Assembly: GCA_018882785.1 (NCBI GenBank)
Contig: VERI01000006.1
Coordinates: 11,811-75,810, forward strand
Length of the DNA: 64,000 nucleotides
Direction of reading: 5' to 3'
DNA from: Burkholderiaceae bacterium
GTDB taxonomy: Bacteria > Pseudomonadota > Gammaproteobacteria > Burkholderiales > Burkholderiaceae_A
Shown here: in pieces, positions 59,265-64,000 of the stretch
Numbering within the stretch: position 1 is the first letter of the stretch
How the letters are laid out: every line of letters begins with the position of its first letter
Position numbers and translations under genes: made by a program
Notes under the pieces: generated by a model
Told to the model about the DNA's origin: nothing
Seen by the model: the letters and a program-made list of their open reading frames with translations, nothing else
Databases searched by the model: none

Positions 59265-61148
59265 CTAGGCCGCCGCAGGAGCAGTCGGTGCAACGCCGGT
59301 CGGACCGGGGCCGCCAGAGTTGGAAGCGCCCGAGCCCGTCTGCTTGGGCGGACGGGGCGGTTTGCCCTCGATGATGTCATTGATCTGATCCGCATCAATG
59401 GTTTCCCACTCCAAGAGCGCAGTGGCCATGGAGTGCATCTTCTCTTTGTTGTCCTCGATGAGCTTTCGGGCTACCGCATACTGCTCATCAATAATGCGGC
59501 GGATCTCTTTATCGACCTGCTGCATGGTGGACTCTGAGACATGGGTCGTTTTGGTGATCGAACGGCCCAGGAATACTTCGCCTTCGTTTTCGGCATAGAC
59601 CATCGGTCCCAGCTCATCACTCATGCCGTAACGGGTCACCATGTCGCGGGCCAAGGCGGTCGCACGCTCGAAGTCGTTCGAGGCGCCGGTCGTCATCTGA
59701 TTCATGAAGACCTCTTCAGCGATTCGGCCACCGAACAATACTGAAATGGTATTGAGCATGCGCTCTTTGTCCATGCTGTAACGATCGCCTTCGGGCAGCT
59801 GCATGGTCACCCCGAGCGCGCGGCCCCGGGGAATAATAGTGACTTTGTGCACAGGATCGGTTTTCGGAAGCATCCGCGCCACCAGGGCATGGCCCGATTC
59901 GTGATAGGCGGTGTTCTTGCGCTCTTCCTCGGGCATCACGATGGACTTGCGTTCTGCGCCCATCATGATCTTGTCTTTGGCCTTCTCGAAATCGGCCATC
60001 TCAACCACCCGGCCATTGCGACGGGCGGCAAACAGCGCGGCCTCGTTGACCAGATTGGCCAGATCAGCGCCCGAAAAGCCTGGCGTTCCGCGGGCCAAGA
60101 TATCGGCGCGGACATCCGGTGCAATCGGCACCTTGCGCATATGGACATTCAGAATCTGTTCACGGCCACGGACATCCGGCAGGCTGACCACGACCTGTCG
60201 ATCAAATCGGCCCGGGCGCAGCAGTGCGGGATCAAGCACATCCGGACGGTTGGTGGCTGCAATCACGATGATGCCCTGGCCGGTTTCAAACCCATCCATT
60301 TCGACAAGCATTTGATTTAAGGTCTGCTCACGCTCGTCGTTTCCGCCACCAAGGCCAGCACCACGCTGACGGCCCACCGCATCGATCTCATCGATGAAGA
60401 TAATGCAAGGTGCATGTTTTTTCGCCTGCTCAAACATATCGCGCACACGGGCCGCACCCACACCCACAAACATCTCGACAAAGTCCGACCCGGAGATTGA
60501 GAAAAATGGCACCTTCGCCTCGCCTGCGATCGCCTTCGCGAGCAGGGTCTTACCGGTACCGGGCTGGCCGACCATCAGCACGCCCCGCGGGATTCGGCCG
60601 CCGAGCTTTTGGAATTTGGAGGGGTCGCGCAGGAACTCCACCAGCTCCTGCACTTCTTCTTTGGCCTCGTCGCAGCCAGCGACGTCGGCAAACGTCACCG
60701 CATTGGTGTTCTCATCCAACATGCGGGCGCGGGACTTACCAAACGAGAACGCACCGCCCTTGCCGCCCCCCTGCATCTGGCGCATAAAAAATACCCAGAC
60801 AGCGATCAGCAACAGCATGGGGAACCAGGACACAAAAATACTCATCAGTACCGATGGCTCTTCCTCAGCCTTGGCCGAGACCCGCACGCCGTACTTCATC
60901 AGATCCGAGACCATCCACAGGTCTTGCGGCGCGTTGATGATGAGCTGACGCTCATCGCTGGTCATTGCCCGAACGGTGCGACCTTCCACCATGGCGGACT
61001 TAATCCGGCCCTGGCGAGCCTCTTCCATGAACTGCGAATAAGGCATCTCCGGACCGCGGCTCTGACGGGTATCGAACTGCCGGAAAACCGTGAACAAGAC
61101 CAAAGCGATCACCATCCAGATGGCGGCTTTGGGAATCATGTTGTTCAA
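59265..61148 (-). CDS. ftsH: ATP-dependent zinc metalloprotease FtsH
   Basis: Two N-terminal TM segments, AAA+ Walker [12 protein letters not shown], and zinc motif HESGHAL. Confidence 0.97.
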   Translation of the reverse strand: MNNMIPKAAIWMVIALVLFTVFRQFDTRQSRGPEMPYSQFMEEARQGRIKSAMVEGRTVRAMTSDERQLIINAPQDLWMVSDLMKYGVRVSAKAEEEPSVLMSIFVSWFPMLLLIAVWVFFMRQMQGGGKGGAFSFGKSRARMLDENTNAVTFADVAGCDEAKEEVQELVEFLRDPSKFQKLGGRIPRGVLMVGQPGTGKTLLAKAIAGEAKVPFFSISGSDFVEMFVGVGAARVRDMFEQAKKHAPCIIFIDEIDAVGRQRGAGLGGGNDEREQTLNQMLVEMDGFETGQGIIVIAATNRPDVLDPALLRPGRFDRQVVVSLPDVRGREQILNVHMRKVPIAPDVRADILARGTPGFSGADLANLVNEAALFAARRNGRVVEMADFEKAKDKIMMGAERKSIVMPEEERKNTAYHESGHALVARMLPKTDPVHKVTIIPRGRALGVTMQLPEGDRYSMDKERMLNTISVLFGGRIAEEVFMNQMTTGASNDFERATALARDMVTRYGMSDELGPMVYAENEGEVFLGRSITKTTHVSESTMQQVDKEIRRIIDEQYAVARKLIEDNKEKMHSMATALLEWETIDADQINDIIEGKPPRPPKQTGSGASNSGGPGPTGVAPTAPAAA

Positions 61149-61281
61149 GGCATTACTCCTCTGATAGACAAAATTTATCGGGCCCGGGAAAAAATCCTAG
61201 TAAGTTCCTTGGATTCTATGCCCCGCATTAAGTTTCCTCAATGGCAGTTTCTCGTGGACACACCCAGAAAGTGGTGACTTT

Positions 61282-61977
61282 TCAGGGTTTTTCAAGGTCT
61301 TTACTGGTTTTCAGGCGCCTGCCGAGCAAAAAAGTCTCGCTGGACTGTGCCCGCGAGGCGGGGGGCTTTCGGGGGGCTACCGTGACAAAGTGCCTTTTGA
61401 ACTCGGTGACCAGCTGGCTGTAGCCACTGCCCTGAAAGGTTTTGACCAATAACGCCCCTTCTGGCTTCAGATGGGACATCGAAAACTCAAGGGCAAGTTC
61501 ACAGACATGCATGACCCGGGCCGCATCGGCGGCCCCCACCCCAGAGAGATTCGGGGCCATATCGGAGACCACCAGATCCACCTTCTCGCCATGCAGCCGA
61601 CTCGCGAGCTCGTTGGCGACGGACTCCTCACGGAAATCCCCTTCGATGAACTCCACATCGGCGATGGGCTCCATGGGCAGCATGTCCAGCGCAATGATTC
61701 GACCATGCACGCGGCGCCCACTATCGGCTGGCCCCTTCACAGAGAGCAGCTCGCGACAGACCTGAGACCAGCTGCCCGGTGCACTGCCAAGATCCACGAT
61801 CGTCATGCCCGGCCGAATCAGCCGGTCACGTTCTTGGATACCCAGCAGCTTAAAGGCCGCCCGCGAACGATAGCCCTTGGCCTGCGCCTCCCGAACATAC
61901 GGATCGGTGAGGTGCATGTGCATCCACTGGGGGTTAAATTTGTTTTTCTTATTCGTAACGAACGTCCAGAATCTCAA
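61282..61977 (-). CDS. rlmE: 23S rRNA (uridine2552-2'-O)-methyltransferase
   Basis: Blocks [32 protein letters not shown] and VVSDMAPN. The conserved KKNKFNPQW block lies upstream of the first ATG (61923), so I chose the TTG at 61977; this start is uncertain. Confidence 0.85.
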   Translation of the reverse strand: MRFWTFVTNKKNKFNPQWMHMHLTDPYVREAQAKGYRSRAAFKLLGIQERDRLIRPGMTIVDLGSAPGSWSQVCRELLSVKGPADSGRRVHGRIIALDMLPMEPIADVEFIEGDFREESVANELASRLHGEKVDLVVSDMAPNLSGVGAADAARVMHVCELALEFSMSHLKPEGALLVKTFQGSGYSQLVTEFKRHFVTVAPRKPPASRAQSSETFLLGRRLKTSKDLEKP

Positions 61978-62425
61978 CCTGGCGGGCACCGCCGGGGGCA
62001 TGCACCACCGCCACATCTCCGACCGACTTGCCAATCAATGCGCGGGCGATCGGGCTTGATATCGATATCTTGTTTTCTTTCAGATCAGCCTCATCGTCGC
62101 CCACGATCTGATAGGTCACACGCTTATCGGACTCAATATCGACCAGGTCAACGGTGGTACCAAATACAACGCGGCCATCCTGCTCGATCTGCGATGGGTC
62201 GATGATCTGGGCCTGTGCAAGCTTGGACTCAAGCTCGGCGATGCGGCCCTCGATAAAGCCCTGACGCTCTTTAGCCGCGTCATATTCTGCGTTTTCGGAC
62301 AGATCGCCCTGCGCACGGGCCTCTGCAATCGCGTTAATCACGGACGGGCGCTCGACATGCTTGAGACGATTCAATTCCTCTTTCAGCAGTTCGGCGCCCC
62401 GAATGGTCAAGGGTGTGGTGCTCAT
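61949..62425 (-). CDS. greA: transcription elongation factor GreA
   Basis: 158 aa with the blocks [27 protein letters not shown] and [14 protein letters not shown]. Confidence 0.95.
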   Translation of the reverse strand: MSTTPLTIRGAELLKEELNRLKHVERPSVINAIAEARAQGDLSENAEYDAAKERQGFIEGRIAELESKLAQAQIIDPSQIEQDGRVVFGTTVDLVDIESDKRVTYQIVGDDEADLKENKISISSPIARALIGKSVGDVAVVHAPGGARQVEILDVRYE

Positions 62426-62439
62426 TTCAAAAAACCTTT

Positions 62440-64000
62440 TTACTTTGCGGCGATCTGCCGGTGCATGCTCTGCACATCAATCACGGTTAGGGAGGCATCC
62501 AGAAGATGCCGGATTCCCTCCACGGCGGCCTTCGCACCGGCAATTGTGGTGTAGGTCGTGACCCGGGAGGCCAAGGCGGTGGTGCGAATCGAACGGGAAT
62601 CCGCGATCGCCGTGCGTTTCTCTTCCACCGTATTCACCACAAACTGTACATCACCATTTTTGATCATGTCCACCACATGCGGGCGACCCTCGGTGACCTT
62701 GTTGACCATGGCCACCTCGATGCCGGCCGCCGATATCGCCGCCGCAGTGCCACGTGTCGCGAAAAGCTTGAATCCCAGATCGGACAGCATTCTCGCAATC
62801 TCGACCATGGCCGGCTTATCGCTATTTTTCACGCTCACAAAGGCTGCGCCGGAGGTGGGAAGCCGCACCCCTGCGCCCAGCTGAGACTTCACAAAGGCTT
62901 CGGCAAAGGTTTCGCCAACACCCATGACCTCGCCGGTCGACTTCATCTCAGGGCCAAGAATCGTGTCCACACCAGGAAACTTCACAAACGGAAAGACCGC
63001 TTCTTTTACAGAGAAATATGGCGGTACTACCTCAGCCCCAATGGCCTGGTCATCCAGCGACCGGCCGAGCATGGCCCGCGCGGCAACCTTGGCCAACGGG
63101 ATGCCGGTTGCCTTTGATACATAGGGCACGGTTCGGGATGCACGTGGATTGACCTCCAGCACAAACACTGTGCCGTTTTGAATGGCGAACTGCACGTTCA
63201 TCAGGCCCACCACATTTAATGCCCGCGACATCAGTGCGGTCTGGCGCTTGAGCTCGTCGATCAGGTCAGCCGATAACGAGAATGGCGGCAGACTACATGC
63301 CGAATCGCCTGAATGCACACCCGCCTGCTCAATGTGCTCCATCACGCCGCCGATGAATACCCGTTTGCCATCGGATAGGCAGTCGACATCGACCTCGATC
63401 GCATCATTGAGAAAACGGTCCAGCAGAACCGGCGAGTCGTTGGAGACCTTCACGGCCTCGCGCATGTAGCGCTCGAGATCACGCTGCTCATGCACGATCT
63501 CCATCGCCCTGCCCCCGAGCACATAACTGGGCCGTACCACCAGGGGATAGCCGATTTCCTGGGCCAAACGGATCGCCTCTTCCTCGTTGCGGGCGGTGCG
63601 ATTCGGGGGCTGACGCAGCTCGAGCTTCATGAGCAGTTTCTGGAACCGCTCGCGATCTTCAGCGATATCAATCGATTCCGGTGACGTGCCCACAATCGGA
63701 ACGCCTGCGGCCTCGAGCGCTTTCGCGAGTTTCAGTGGTGTCTGGCCGCCATACTGAACAATGACGCCGACCGGTTTTTCTTTATCGACAATCTCCAGCA
63801 CATCCTCGAGGGTGAGCGGCTCAAAATAAAGCCGATCAGACGTGTCGTAGTCGGTGGAGACGGTCTCGGGATTACAGTTGACCATGATGGTCTCAAATCC
63901 GTCATCGCGCAGGGCCATGGCGGCGTGCACACAGCAGTAATCGAATTCAATGCCCTGTCCGATCCGATTGGGGCCGCCCCCCAGCACAATGACTTTTTGT
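62440..64000 (-). CDS. carB: carbamoyl-phosphate synthase large subunit, 3' portion (gene continues beyond the window end)
   Basis: The frame is open to base 64000. It encodes the second ATP-grasp half ([19 protein letters not shown]...) and the C-terminal allosteric MGS-like domain. Confidence 0.95.
   Translation of the reverse strand, partial: QKVIVLGGGPNRIGQGIEFDYCCVHAAMALRDDGFETIMVNCNPETVSTDYDTSDRLYFEPLTLEDVLEIVDKEKPVGVIVQYGGQTPLKLAKALEAAGVPIVGTSPESIDIAEDRERFQKLLMKLELRQPPNRTARNEEEAIRLAQEIGYPLVVRPSYVLGGRAMEIVHEQRDLERYMREAVKVSNDSPVLLDRFLNDAIEVDVDCLSDGKRVFIGGVMEHIEQAGVHSGDSACSLPPFSLSADLIDELKRQTALMSRALNVVGLMNVQFAIQNGTVFVLEVNPRASRTVPYVSKATGIPLAKVAARAMLGRSLDDQAIGAEVVPPYFSVKEAVFPFVKFPGVDTILGPEMKSTGEVMGVGETFAEAFVKSQLGAGVRLPTSGAAFVSVKNSDKPAMVEIARMLSDLGFKLFATRGTAAAISAAGIEVAMVNKVTEGRPHVVDMIKNGDVQFVVNTVEEKRTAIADSRSIRTTALASRVTTYTTIAGAKAAVEGIRHLLDASLTVIDVQSMHRQIAAK

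Noticed and set aside
61471-62205. 244-aa plus-strand ORF lying antisense to rlmE and greA
   Set aside because: It sits entirely opposite two well-conserved genes and has a low-complexity, Arg/Pro/Gly-rich composition. That is typical of shadow ORFs in GC-rich DNA.

Overview
This is a gene-dense chromosomal segment of about 68 genes, most likely from a Burkholderiales-type betaproteobacterium. The evidence for that placement is a Bug-family solute receptor, the carB-greA-rlmE-ftsH-folP-glmM synteny and roughly 55-58% GC judged by eye. I saw no transposase, integrase, phage gene, CRISPR array or recognisable defence system. Left to right the window holds: a 5'-truncated allophanate hydrolase with a NitT/TauT-type ABC importer, a GntR regulator and a class V aminotransferase; two MFS transporters; a complete protocatechuate 4,5-cleavage operon (ligJ-ligK-ligI-ligA-ligB-ligC plus an aldo/keto reductase). 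That operon is unusually headed by a class I cytochrome P450, a [2Fe-2S] ferredoxin, a ferredoxin reductase and a signal-less ModA-like binding protein, with a PobR-like AraC regulator divergent from it. Next comes a second aromatic-type cluster (MBL-fold protein, 555-aa FAD monooxygenase, DUF2783, small VOC protein, eukaryote-type fumarylacetoacetase, IclR, MFS) preceded by a second NitT/TauT ABC system. It is followed by an HtrA-like protein in which all three catalytic residues are substituted, a DUF3429 protein, chaA, an SDR, a DUF3445 protein, an exported SAM methyltransferase, an APC permease, a Bug receptor, yggX, phoU, rpiA, a czcCBA-type RND efflux system with a two-component pair, and a plcP-agt-olsB-type lipid-remodelling operon. 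The remainder is an outer-membrane barrel, dgkA, arsR-arsC-acr3, tRNA-His/Arg/Pro, pstSCAB, glmM, folP, ftsH, rlmE, greA and the 3' half of carB. The leads most worth follow-up are the P450-headed lig operon, the hydroxylase/VOC/FAH cluster that lacks hmgA and maiA, the triad-less HtrA homologue, and the Pho-linked lipid-remodelling operon. All functional calls come from reading the supplied translations and comparing motifs from memory; no database search was possible.
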